Origin: Vampirovibrionales bacterium
GTDB taxonomy: Bacteria; Cyanobacteriota; Vampirovibrionia; Vampirovibrionales; JAJTHC01
NCBI GenBank assembly: GCA_035285025.1
Contig: JAYKHY010000011.1
Location: forward strand, 5,412 to 69,411
Reading direction: 5' to 3'
Length of the DNA stretch: 64,000 nt
Position 1 is the stretch's first letter. Every line of letters starts with the position of its first letter. A model generated the notes under the pieces. The model worked only from the letters and a program-made list of their open reading frames with translations. It was not told the DNA's origin and did no database searches. The translations under genes and the position numbers were made by a program. This document shows, in pieces, positions 40,805-52,426 of this stretch.

Positions 40805-41983
40805 TTAAGCAGCAGCTGTTTCCGTGGTTGTCGTTGCTGCGGGTGTTAATAGTTTTTGCAGGTCTGCTTTGGTCAGGTTAGCAGCATTACCATCTTTAGC
40901 CGCAGTGGCTTTAAGTTCGGCAATGCTTAATTTGCCATCGGTGCCAGCAACTTTATCGAACACCAGGTTTAACGCTTTGCTAGCGTCCAGTTTGCTTTGT
41001 TGCTGGGTAATGGCGCTGCGTACTTCGTCAACGTGGGTTTCGTCAAGGTCGTACTGCTCCAGGTAGTCCGCCAGATCGTCCGCATCCATATCTTCTAGTG
41101 CTTCCAGGTATTTCTGGTTGCGCTCCAGTTGCGTCGCTAATGCATCTGAATGTTGCTTGAGCTGATCCTGCGTAATGGTGCCGTCTTTAATGCCAAGCCA
41201 GTTCTCGCTATCTGCATCTTTTAATAGATCGAGTACGTTTTCGGTATTAGCGTTGAGCGTCAATTTATCAACTGAGCTTTTCAGTAGTTTGTCTGCGTCA
41301 GCCTGACTCAGCGTGGTCGCTGTGCCATCCAGGTTTAGTGCGGCGTCAACATCAGCTTCGCTGATGGTAGCGGCGTCGCCGCCTTCGGCATCTGCATCCA
41401 GACCAGCAATCTGATCAAAGTGGGTGACGAGCGCTTTGCTGGCTAAGAAGGCAGCTTTCGCGTCATCAACGTCGCTTTGCTCGGAGTAACCGAATTTTTC
41501 TAGTAAAACCTCACGTTGATAATTGGCTGTTGCTTTCAGCAGGGCGTTTTGGGCTTCGGTTTTGGTTAGTTTGCCATTGCCATCGCGGGTTTCATAACCG
41601 ACGACTCGTTTATCTGCTTCTGTAAATGCGCTTTTGAGATCCGTCGATTTAATCGGGTAACTTAAGGTTGGTAATTTGGCACCAGGAAAGTTTGGATGGT
41701 AATTAGGAGCCTGCGGTTGCTGACCCCATTGCGGCTGCTGGCTCCACTGAGGCTGCTGGCCCCACTGCGGCTGCTGACCCCACTGAGGCTGCTGACCCCA
41801 CTGCGGTTGCTGACCCCACTGCGGTTGCTGTTGAACGCCGCCAAATGCGTTTTGGCCGCCCTGGAGCATCGAGAGTTGACCCAGAATTTGTTGCATCATG
41901 GGGTTGGTCTGGCTCATGCCGCCAGTGTAACCGCCACCGTAGCCACCATAAGCGCTTTGTCCGTACATCGGATTCATACTCAT
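40805..41983 (-). CDS. Q/G/Y/W-rich low-complexity repeat protein (7x QPQWGQ) with an acidic helical C-terminal domain
   Basis: N-terminal ~100 aa is GYGGGY/Q-rich followed by seven tandem hexapeptides QPQW[GS]Q. The C-terminal ~280 aa is acidic and helical with D-x-D/N-G-x-L-like loops. ORF is 392 aa with a strong terminator. Confidence 0.65.
   Translation of the reverse strand: MSMNPMYGQSAYGGYGGGYTGGMSQTNPMMQQILGQLSMLQGGQNAFGGVQQQPQWGQQPQWGQQPQWGQQPQWGQQPQWSQQPQWGQQPQAPNYHPNFPGAKLPTLSYPIKSTDLKSAFTEADKRVVGYETRDGNGKLTKTEAQNALLKATANYQREVLLEKFGYSEQSDVDDAKAAFLASKALVTHFDQIAGLDADAEGGDAATISEADVDAALNLDGTATTLSQADADKLLKSSVDKLTLNANTENVLDLLKDADSENWLGIKDGTITQDQLKQHSDALATQLERNQKYLEALEDMDADDLADYLEQYDLDETHVDEVRSAITQQQSKLDASKALNLVFDKVAGTDGKLSIAELKATAAKDGNAANLTKADLQKLLTPAATTTTETAAA
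41707..41831 (-). repeat. Tandem array of ~7 near-identical 18-bp repeats (ccccactg[c/a]gg[c/t]tgctg[a/g]) inside the CDS
   Basis: Visible directly in the sequence. The period of 18 bp is 6 codons, so the array is in frame. Confidence 0.85.
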
Positions 41984-42177
41984 AACCTGTAGGGTCTCCT
42001 GTCTCTGAGTGAAAGGTGCAAAACTGGACTTCGAACGAAATGCTTTTATGCTTTAAGCAAATTGATTGATAAACCGGGAGAAAAAAGTAATGACAAGTAG
42101 AAAGACGAACAATATGAAATAGACTTAGGCTGTATATACTTAATAAAAACTTTGAATTTCATATAATTGTTTAATTT

Positions 42178-43032
42178 ATGATTAAATTAACAAAAATTAA
42201 TAACCCTCAGGTTTGCGCGCCAAAGCACGCTGCTTCAAACCCTTTGCGGGGCCTGATTCTGGCGTTCATGGTATTAGCAGCCGGGGGGGTGCTGTGCGTT
42301 AACCTGGCGCGCACTTGGGCGTTGCCCGAACTTGAGGCGGAGCGTCGGGTAACGTTGCCCACAGGTACCATGTTTGCGGTGCTGCTTAACGCGCCGCTCG
42401 ATAGCCGCGAGATTACCTTGGATCAGCCGGTTTGCGGCCAGTTAATCAACGATATTTATATTGATCGGTTGTTGGTTTTAAAAGCCCATAGCCAGGTTTG
42501 CGGTATCGTATCCACGCTGCACCCGCCCATTGAAGGGCGTGACACGATTATTGAGGTTCAGTTTGGTACGCTCGAGGCCATGACGCCTTGGGGATTGCAG
42601 GCCATTGCTTTTAAAGGGCATTTAAAAACCGATCGCCCTGACCATTTGCTCGGCGGGTGGCTGACGCCGGGGAGCAAACCGCGCAGGGTGCCTTTTTACG
42701 TCACCATGTTAGGCGATTACGCCAAAGCCATTTGGGATCGTTCGCCTCGGTTAATGGGTCGGCCGATTATTTTTGATGCGGGCGCGCGCTGGGAGGTGAT
42801 TCTGGATGAACCCTTGGTGCTGCCGCCAGAGCTCCCTGCAACAGGGCCGTTCCCGCTGCAGACGCCGGAGGCTGTAATGCCAGACACTAAGACGCCAGAG
42901 GCGATTCCGGTAAAAGCGCCGTCGCTCGAGCCTGTCAGCGCACCGGCTCAGTCTTTAACCGTGCCAGCAGCGGGTAGTAACACGGGCTCGGTGGTACCTT
43001 CATCCCCAGAGCCAGAATTTGAAGCGTTTTGA
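42178..43032 (+). CDS. Hypothetical membrane-anchored protein with a Pro-rich C-terminus
   Basis: N-terminal TM LRGLILAFMVLAAGGVLCV, a ~170-aa globular region and a P/A/S/E-rich tail. Its 3' end overlaps the convergent M48 gene by ~85 nt. Confidence 0.45.
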   Translation: MIKLTKINNPQVCAPKHAASNPLRGLILAFMVLAAGGVLCVNLARTWALPELEAERRVTLPTGTMFAVLLNAPLDSREITLDQPVCGQLINDIYIDRLLVLKAHSQVCGIVSTLHPPIEGRDTIIEVQFGTLEAMTPWGLQAIAFKGHLKTDRPDHLLGGWLTPGSKPRRVPFYVTMLGDYAKAIWDRSPRLMGRPIIFDAGARWEVILDEPLVLPPELPATGPFPLQTPEAVMPDTKTPEAIPVKAPSLEPVSAPAQSLTVPAAGSNTGSVVPSSPEPEFEAF

Positions 43033-44099
43033 GCTGCCTGCGACGAGGCGGGAGCTGCAATTACGGGCTCGGCAATGGCTGGGGCCGCCACCGGCGCAGT
43101 AACCTTAGTTGATTCTCGCTTTTGCGCCTCGTGCGCTTCGCGCAGGCGGTTAAGTTCCTGTTGCTGCTTTGCCATAATCTCTCGCAGCGCCATCACGGCG
43201 GTTTCGGGGTTATCCGGGTCTATCTCAAAGCTATCCACAAGCTCTTCTGTTGAATCTTTATCAGCAGCATCTTTTTTGTATATATTGAGCTTTTTTTTAC
43301 CCGAAACGTCTTTGCTTTCAGCTGTTTCTGTTGCCGGTACCACCAGCTTTTTGCGTCGGGTTTCAAGCTTTTCGATGGCTTGTTCTTCGGCCAACGCCCA
43401 GTCAGATTCCATCTTGGCCCACACGTCTGGGTATTTTGTCCGAATCAGCGCCTGGACGCGCGCCATGCGGCGGGTGCTTAAGGGATGGGAGCTCCACGGG
43501 TTGCCCGCATCGCCGGCGACTTTCTCAAACACGCTGAGCATCGCCGCCGGATTATACCCAGCGTTGACCATGTATTGCACGCCCAGCAAATCAGCCTCAA
43601 TCTCCTGATTGCGCGTCATTACGTTGGCCGCGCCGCCAGTAACAGTGTTGGCCAGGTAAGCGCCCGAAAACACTGGCGCACCCAAAAACAGTAACGAATC
43701 TACGGCGTATAGTGCGCCTGTAGCAACGGTGGCCCCGGCCATGCGGCGCATGGTGCCTTTGGCCACGTGGCGTTTAATAATATGGCCCATCTCGTGCGAT
43801 AAAATGGCCGCCAGCTCGTCATCACTCTGGATGTAGCGCAGCAGAGCCAAATCGATATAAACGTTGCCGGTGCGGTCGCTGGCCGAGGCGTTAATGATTT
43901 TTTGGTTCATCACGTGGAAGCCAATCAGCTGCTTGATATGATTGGCCATGCGCAACTGGTTACCAATCTCGGAGACCTTTTTTTCATAGTTGTGGCGCTT
44001 CCAAAGCGGGTCGCTCTCGCCTTCGGCCCAGGCCACATTCGGCAACAACGTTGCAAAAAGTATTAAATGCAAAATTATTTGCGTGCAAACCCGTCGCAT
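42948..44099 (-). CDS. Peptidase M48 family zinc metalloprotease (BepA/HtpX-like) with signal peptide and a disordered C-terminal tail
   Basis: HEMGHIIKRH (HExxH) plus downstream E…EADLLG (third ligand region). N-terminal signal peptide. Confidence 0.7.
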   Translation of the reverse strand: MRRVCTQIILHLILFATLLPNVAWAEGESDPLWKRHNYEKKVSEIGNQLRMANHIKQLIGFHVMNQKIINASASDRTGNVYIDLALLRYIQSDDELAAILSHEMGHIIKRHVAKGTMRRMAGATVATGALYAVDSLLFLGAPVFSGAYLANTVTGGAANVMTRNQEIEADLLGVQYMVNAGYNPAAMLSVFEKVAGDAGNPWSSHPLSTRRMARVQALIRTKYPDVWAKMESDWALAEEQAIEKLETRRKKLVVPATETAESKDVSGKKKLNIYKKDAADKDSTEELVDSFEIDPDNPETAVMALREIMAKQQQELNRLREAHEAQKRESTKVTAPVAAPAIAEPVIAAPASSQAAQNASNSGSGDEGTTEPVLLPAAGTVKD

Positions 44100-44246
44100 A
44101 CCAAACAGAAAATCCCCACTGAAAAAATCTAATGTAAAATATCTTAACGAGTTAATAAATCATACACCTTTGGCAAAAAAAACGCTTGCTCTGCCTGTGT
44201 TCTGAAAGTCAAAATAGCGTAGCCAAAAGTTGATTTACTAGAATAG

Positions 44247-46559
<2,313 letters not shown>

Positions 46560-46651
46560 AGCTCACAATCATTATCCCGGCAAAAGCCGGTTTATCCGTT
46601 ACCATTGAATTCCGCTGTGCTCGAACTTCGCGGGTGTGACGTTTCTACCCC

Positions 46652-47410
46652 TTGAAGGGAATCACACGTTGTATGCCAGAAATCACATTTGAAGCCCTGG
46701 CCCTGATTGATTACGCTGACGCGTGGGCGATTCAGCAGCAGCGCGTTGCCGCGCGCGCGCAGGATGCCATCAACGATACGATTCTGCTTTGCGAGCATCC
46801 GCCGGTCATCACGGCGGGCCGGGGGGTCTCGCCCCAGGCGTTTGAGGCGTTTACGGCCTCACCGCTTTTACCCGTTTTACCCGTATTTCACACCGAACGC
46901 GGCGGCGAGGGTGCTATCAACGCCGCCGAATCCCGCGTTCGCAGTTATCATACCGAACGCGGCGGCGGGTGGACCGCCCATGAGCCAGGGCAACTCGTGG
47001 TGTATCCCATTTTAAAAATGCCGGTTCGCCAACTACGGGGTTTCGTAAACGATTTGCTCTGCGCCGTAACGTATACGCTCACAGACTTTGGCTTGGATGC
47101 GCTTCAGCCCCCCGAGGGCCAGACGGGTGTTTGGGTGCAGACGCCCTCGGGCGAGCTGCGGAAACTGGCCTCGATTGGTTTGGCCAGCAAAAGCGCTGGC
47201 AAGGGTGTGGCGGTTACGTATCACGGCTTAGCGCTCAACGTCTGTAATTCGCTCGAAACATTCAGCGTCATTGACCCGTGCGGATTCGCGCCCGGCGTGA
47301 TGACGAGCATGCACGCTTTACTGGGTTCAGCCGTGGTGGAAGACGTTCAGCCAAAATTCACGGAGGCCCTTACGCGGGTTTTACAGCGTGCATTGGCCGA
47401 ACCGACTTAA
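46652..47410 (+). CDS. lipB: Octanoyltransferase LipB
   Basis: ILLCEHPPVITAGRG and RGGGWTAHEPGQLVVYPIL (RGG...HGPGQ motif). Carries an in-frame ~20-aa partial duplication of the motif region. Confidence 0.85.
   Translation: MKGITRCMPEITFEALALIDYADAWAIQQQRVAARAQDAINDTILLCEHPPVITAGRGVSPQAFEAFTASPLLPVLPVFHTERGGEGAINAAESRVRSYHTERGGGWTAHEPGQLVVYPILKMPVRQLRGFVNDLLCAVTYTLTDFGLDALQPPEGQTGVWVQTPSGELRKLASIGLASKSAGKGVAVTYHGLALNVCNSLETFSVIDPCGFAPGVMTSMHALLGSAVVEDVQPKFTEALTRVLQRALAEPT
46866..46970 (+). repeat. Intragenic direct repeats in lipB: 9-bp ttttacccg x2, and 16-bp accgaacgcggcggcg x2 spaced 60 nt apart
   Basis: Seen in the sequence. It produces the duplicated peptide HTERGGEG…/HTERGGGW. Confidence 0.7.
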
Positions 47411-47623
47411 CAAAGCCAGTCGGGCGTGGGTACGTCGTTCGGCACCGGCGTATGTTTGTACAAGCGCCTCTGAGAGGCTCATATTTTGCACTTTGGCCAG
47501 CGCATGGGCGCGCTGAAGCAGGCTTTTAACGCCTTTTTGCGGCGCTTGGGCCTGAACCAGTTTAAACAGTTCAAGGCAGCGTTCGGTAAACTCGGCTTCG
47601 GTCATGGCGCGCTTTCTGTACAA
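47381..47623 (-). CDS. Questionable small ORF (80 aa) convergent with and overlapping the lipB 3' end
   Basis: No convincing SD. Sits in a 510-bp lipB-nupC spacer. Possibly non-coding. Confidence 0.2.
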   Translation of the reverse strand: MYRKRAMTEAEFTERCLELFKLVQAQAPQKGVKSLLQRAHALAKVQNMSLSEALVQTYAGAERRTHARLALLSRFGQCTL

Positions 47624-47921
47624 GCAAAAATTAAGGCGTGTGTTGCGTTAAGGCCCATGTTAATTAAGGCCGCACTAAACGGTGTTGAGTGGTTTTCATA
47701 CTACAATCAAATAGAAAAATGCTAAAAAATCCCTTGATGGACTCATTCGTCACGACAAGAAGCCCAGTAAGGCCGCCACGATACTCTAGCGAACGCACGA
47801 TTTAATCTGGCGTCTGTCAGAAAAAAACACCCCAGAAAAGAACGCTTGTGATGAGTCCGGTCCATTCCTAGGGATGAAATGGTAAAAATTCGCGCTCGTT
47901 ACCCTGTAGGCTATTCGATTT

Positions 47922-49415
47922 ATGCTTATTCCCCTGCTTGGCATCGCCCTGATTTTGCTCGTTGCAACGCTTGTTTCTAGCGACCGCAAGGCGATTAACT
48001 GGCATTTGGTTGCGCGCGGGTTGGCGCTGCAAACCATTTTAGCCTTTATCGTCCTGAATCTGCCCGCCGGGCGCTGGGTGTTCCAGACCTTGGGCCATGG
48101 CATCGAGGCGCTGCTTAAGTTTTCGGATGCGGGCGCAAGTTTTGTGTTTGGCGATTTGTTGACCAAAGGCACGTTTATTTTTGCCTTTAAACTGGTGCCC
48201 ACTATTATTTTTGTCTCGGCGTTGGTGAGCATTGCCTACCATATTGGGTTGCTGCAAAAAGTGGTCTCTGCGGTGGCGTGGTGCGTGTCTCGCGTGTTGG
48301 GCGTGAGCGGGGCAGAAGCCTTGAGCAACGCGGCCAGCGTGTTTGTGGGCCAAGTCGAGGCGCAATTACTGGTGCGCCCGTATTTAGCGACCATGACTCG
48401 TTCGGAGTTACTGACCGTTATGGCCGGCAGCATGGCCTGCATTGCGGGCGGCGTGATGGCGGTTTACATTCAGATGGGCGTGGATGCCGCGTATTTACTT
48501 GCGGCCAGCTTAATGGCAATTCCGGGGGCTTTGGTGATGGCAAAAATCGTGTTGCCAGAAACCCAGATGCCCGTGACGGCGGGGAAATCCGGTATGGCGC
48601 AAGCGCAAGTGCCCATTAAAACCGTTAACCTGATTGACGCCACGGCGCATGGCGCGCTGGAAGGTATGAAAATCGGGATTGCCGTGTGCGCGGTGCTGGT
48701 GGCGTTTATTGCGCTGATTGCGGCCGCCGATGGCGTTTTGGCGTGGGCCAGCAAACAGGTGCTGGGCAATGCCGTTACCTTTAAACAGTTGGTGGGGTTC
48801 GCGTTTCAGCCGATTGCCTTTATGCTGGGTGTGCCCGCCGAGGAATCTCGGGCGGTGGGCGCGCTGCTGGGCACCAAACTGGTGGTTAACGAGTTTGTGG
48901 CCTATGCCGATTTAGCGCCGCAAATGCTCGCGAAGACCCTTTCGCCGCGAGCGATTACAGTCGCGACGTTTGCCCTGTGCGGCTTTGCCAACCTGGGCTC
49001 GATTGCGATTCAGGTGGGCGGTATTGGCGAGATGATCCCCGAGCGCAAGCACGAGTTGGCGCAACTGGGTTTAAGAGCCTTATTGTGCGGGACGGCGGCG
49101 TCGTATATTTCGGCGGCGCTGGCGGGGTTGCTGATTGCGCCGCCTCTGCCTTGGCTGCCGGTGGCTTTACTGTTGGTTGCCTGTGCGGGCTTGGCGATGA
49201 GTTTGATGCTCGGGCGCAAGACTGCTGTAGCGGGCGCAGTTGCAGCAAACTCGGCCAGTGCTCCGGTTACCAGCACAGAGGCCGCTAACGCGGTAAACAC
49301 GCCGCCCGAGGTGCTGTTGCCCGGTTTGTCGCAGGTGTATGGCGCAGCGCCCAGTACCCAGGCCGCGGTGCCGGAGCCTACCGTGCCGGTGCCTGCCGAA
49401 AACGTGCGCCCGTAA
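47922..49415 (+). CDS. Concentrative nucleoside transporter (NupC/CNT family)
   Basis: Full-length CNT-like polytopic membrane protein with conserved G-rich re-entrant regions. Has a low-complexity A/P/T-rich C-terminal tail. Confidence 0.8.
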   Translation: MLIPLLGIALILLVATLVSSDRKAINWHLVARGLALQTILAFIVLNLPAGRWVFQTLGHGIEALLKFSDAGASFVFGDLLTKGTFIFAFKLVPTIIFVSALVSIAYHIGLLQKVVSAVAWCVSRVLGVSGAEALSNAASVFVGQVEAQLLVRPYLATMTRSELLTVMAGSMACIAGGVMAVYIQMGVDAAYLLAASLMAIPGALVMAKIVLPETQMPVTAGKSGMAQAQVPIKTVNLIDATAHGALEGMKIGIAVCAVLVAFIALIAAADGVLAWASKQVLGNAVTFKQLVGFAFQPIAFMLGVPAEESRAVGALLGTKLVVNEFVAYADLAPQMLAKTLSPRAITVATFALCGFANLGSIAIQVGGIGEMIPERKHELAQLGLRALLCGTAASYISAALAGLLIAPPLPWLPVALLLVACAGLAMSLMLGRKTAVAGAVAANSASAPVTSTEAANAVNTPPEVLLPGLSQVYGAAPSTQAAVPEPTVPVPAENVRP

Positions 49416-49630
49416 AATTTATTTTAAAAAGCGCTTGTAATGCGCTGAGGGTAATGTTTTTGAGAGCATTAACCTATTAGAGGTCTGTGTTTTTACGTTG
49501 TGATGAAGCAGTCAAATCCTCGAAAAACAGAGCTTTAGGCAAGCGTTTGAATCAGATTTTGAATAACTAGCCAAGCTCACAGGTCACGATTTTATTTAGA
49601 AAAAGACACTTAGTTAGTACTCTTAAAAAT

Positions 49631-52411
49631 TCAGGCTGGCTGTAGCATTGGCTGCTGCTGAGTGGCTTGCAACGCCATAAAGCAGTCGTCCTGGGGGTGC
49701 CCCAACACGGTGAGCGTTTCCTCGGCACGCGTCAGCGCGACATAAAACAGTCGCAGTCGCTCTTCAGCATCTCGTGGCGACTTCCAGCCGGCTTTGTAAA
49801 GCCCGCTTTTAAGCGCTCCAATGGCGTTATCTGCCACAGTGCGACCAATTAATAAGCCATGGCCGGGCATGCTGCCCAGCGCCGGGCTGTACTGAAGTAA
49901 CGTCGCATCGCTCTTGCCGCGCCCGCCGCCAGGGGCTTCGCCCCACGCGACGATGACGTGTTTAAACTCAAGGCCCTTGGCCCCAAAAGCTGTCATGAGC
50001 TGTAGTTTGTTTTTGTTTTTTGACTCAGGTAAAACGTCAGACTCGGCAAGTAAGGCTTGATTAGCTTCTAGGCTGTCAAGATTGTCTGCCGAAGGCGGCA
50101 CAAGTTCGTCAGGTTGCGGTAATCTGGCGTTGGGCGAGGCGTCAATCTGGATGAGCACCTCGGCCAGATATCGCCACGCCTCGGATGCTTTTTGGCACTG
50201 TTTAAATTCGGCGGTGCTGCACAACGTGCGTATGAGCTGCGCCCAGGTTGGCCAAAGCGTTTGCGCGTCGGCGGTCTCTGGCAGGGGCCACAGGCCCAGG
50301 GGCGTCATGTACTGCGTCAACGCTTGCATCACGGTGGCGGGTGTATAAGTGCCTCCGCCATTAACGTCTCCCCCAAGAGCGTCTTCAGCCGCTGCTGGTT
50401 GATTTATGCTTCGCTTGGGCATGTAGGGCGTTTGCTGAACCAGTTCGGCCAGGCTTAACACGCCTGCCCGCAGAGGCGCGGGCCAGGCTTTTGGCAAAAT
50501 TTGCTCGCGCGTAATGCCCTCAAGCCAGCTGAGTTCGCGCGGCTTCAGGCGCGCCATTTGCCAGAGCTGCCGGTGCGATAATTTTTGCGAGAGCAGCCGC
50601 ACTAACGCGGTATCATCGTGAGGGTAAGCCAGCAACCGAAGCGCCGCCCACCAGGTTTTAACGGCTGGCTGGCTAAAAAACCCAACGTCTGCCGCAAGCT
50701 GAACCCCAATGCCGTGTTGTTCGAGTAAGCGCCCAACCTGGGCCAGCTTGGTGCGTTTTCGTGCCAGAACCACAATGTCTTTCGGCGCGATGCCTTGCGC
50801 CAGCAGGGCTTGCACCGTCTCTAGAATGAGTTGATTTTCGTGCTTGCGGTAATCTTCAACGGTTAGGGTGTTTTTTTCTGCTGTTATTGGGTCAGTCTGG
50901 TCGTTGCTTGGGGTTGATGCGACGGGTGGGATGACGGGGATTAAATTGACCTGGGCGGGCGGCGCGTTGGTTTTATGCGCTATCAGCGGTGGTTCCTCTG
51001 GAGCAAGCATTTGAGCCAACGGGTTTGCGAGCGATAAAATCACGGGCTTGGAGCGGTAATTGGTGGTCAGGGCAATTGTGCAGCATTGCGCCGCCGCAAC
51101 GCCCTGTGTAATCAGGCGCATGTTTTCGGGTTGCGCAAACCGAAACCCGTAAATCGATTGTTTGGCGTCGCCTACGAGCGTTAAGCGGGGTGACTCACCC
51201 TCGATGAGTTTGGCAATCAGGCGTAACTGCGCGTTGTTGGTATCCTGAAATTCATCCACCAGAATCGCCTTGAATTGGGCTTTCAAGCGTTGGCAAAACG
51301 CGTCATCGGCGGTTAAAAGCGCAAGAGTGTGCAGAATTAAATCGTCATAATCAACTTGCTGCTGCTGCAACAACGTGTACTGATACACGGCATAATAAGC
51401 AGCAACCAGCGCGAGCGTCTGGGCTTCTAGCGGGGCAAACGCTTGCAGCGCAGTCTGAACGCTTGATCCAGCAGCGCCGGGTGAATCCATTTGCGGCGCG
51501 ACGTAATTTTTTTGCTTGGCGTTGTAGCGGGCAAAATACGGCGCTTCTAGCAGCGGTTTAATGTGTGTTTTATACCATTCGCTGGGCATGTCGGGCGTTT
51601 GGCAGGCCTCTTGCCAGTCAGCGCTTGTCCAGGGTGCAAGCGTCAGCGACCAGTCTGCCGCAAGCGCGGCCAGCGTGTCGCCCTCGGGCGCGGGCGCAGC
51701 GGGGTGCAGCCGAGCCAGCGCGGCGTTAAACTGTTGCGTTTGTTGTTGGGCGGTTGCATAAAACGCCTTGGGGCAGAGGCCAGCGGTTTTAATGCGCTGA
51801 ATCAGCTCGGGCAGATGCGCAAGCAGTTTTTGGGCGGGTAGCGCCTCGGGCCACTGTTGCTGAAGCGCCTGAACAGAGAGTATGGCCGGGTCAAGCGTGC
51901 CGTCTAGTCCGGCGTGCGCGAGCGCCTCGGTGCAATCTGCCCATCGGTTGTGATAAATGGCGCTTTGCAGCCGATCGGCGTGGCGTTTTTGATCGATTTC
52001 GGTCAGGATGGTAAATTGTGGGCTTGTAGGATCCAAGCCCGTATATTGTTGAGTAAGCGCCGGATCAAGTTTTAAAATTTGCAGGCAAGCGCCGTGGATG
52101 GTGGTTATCCAGCTGGGCATGTTTGCATCGGGCTCGAGGGTGTGCTTGGCGGCGGGCCAATGCTGCGCGATGCGAGATTGGAGTTCTTTTGCGGCTTTGT
52201 GCGTAAAGGTAATCGCCAAAATATGCGCAAGCGGTTCTGCGAGGCCCTGTTCGGCCAAGGTGCGGGCAATGCGTGCCACGCGCTGAGCCATGACCTCGGT
52301 TTTGCCCGTGCCTGCGCCAGCCAGGATTTGCACCAACGCTTCCAAAGGGGCGTCTACGGCGTGTTGTTGCTCGGGGTTTAAAGATTTGTGCTGCGATAAT
52401 ACCGTGTTCAT
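49631..52411 (-). CDS. ATP-dependent DNA helicase, UvrD/Rep/PcrA superfamily 1
   Basis: Motif I GAGTGKT, Ia ITFTHKAAKEL, II ILVDEFQDTN, V MTAFGAKGLEFKHVIV and VI RLFYVALTRAE. 926 aa with long inserts. Confidence 0.85.
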   Translation of the reverse strand: MNTVLSQHKSLNPEQQHAVDAPLEALVQILAGAGTGKTEVMAQRVARIARTLAEQGLAEPLAHILAITFTHKAAKELQSRIAQHWPAAKHTLEPDANMPSWITTIHGACLQILKLDPALTQQYTGLDPTSPQFTILTEIDQKRHADRLQSAIYHNRWADCTEALAHAGLDGTLDPAILSVQALQQQWPEALPAQKLLAHLPELIQRIKTAGLCPKAFYATAQQQTQQFNAALARLHPAAPAPEGDTLAALAADWSLTLAPWTSADWQEACQTPDMPSEWYKTHIKPLLEAPYFARYNAKQKNYVAPQMDSPGAAGSSVQTALQAFAPLEAQTLALVAAYYAVYQYTLLQQQQVDYDDLILHTLALLTADDAFCQRLKAQFKAILVDEFQDTNNAQLRLIAKLIEGESPRLTLVGDAKQSIYGFRFAQPENMRLITQGVAAAQCCTIALTTNYRSKPVILSLANPLAQMLAPEEPPLIAHKTNAPPAQVNLIPVIPPVASTPSNDQTDPITAEKNTLTVEDYRKHENQLILETVQALLAQGIAPKDIVVLARKRTKLAQVGRLLEQHGIGVQLAADVGFFSQPAVKTWWAALRLLAYPHDDTALVRLLSQKLSHRQLWQMARLKPRELSWLEGITREQILPKAWPAPLRAGVLSLAELVQQTPYMPKRSINQPAAAEDALGGDVNGGGTYTPATVMQALTQYMTPLGLWPLPETADAQTLWPTWAQLIRTLCSTAEFKQCQKASEAWRYLAEVLIQIDASPNARLPQPDELVPPSADNLDSLEANQALLAESDVLPESKNKNKLQLMTAFGAKGLEFKHVIVAWGEAPGGGRGKSDATLLQYSPALGSMPGHGLLIGRTVADNAIGALKSGLYKAGWKSPRDAEERLRLFYVALTRAEETLTVLGHPQDDCFMALQATQQQPMLQPA

Positions 52412-52426
52412 GCCGTCAGCATAACG

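Noticed and set aside
40805-41983. Interpreting the Q-rich repeat protein C-terminus as canonical EF-hand calcium-binding loops
   Set aside because: The D-x-N/D-G-x-L stretches do not satisfy the 1-3-5-12 EF-hand ligand spacing on inspection, so only 'acidic helical domain' is claimed.
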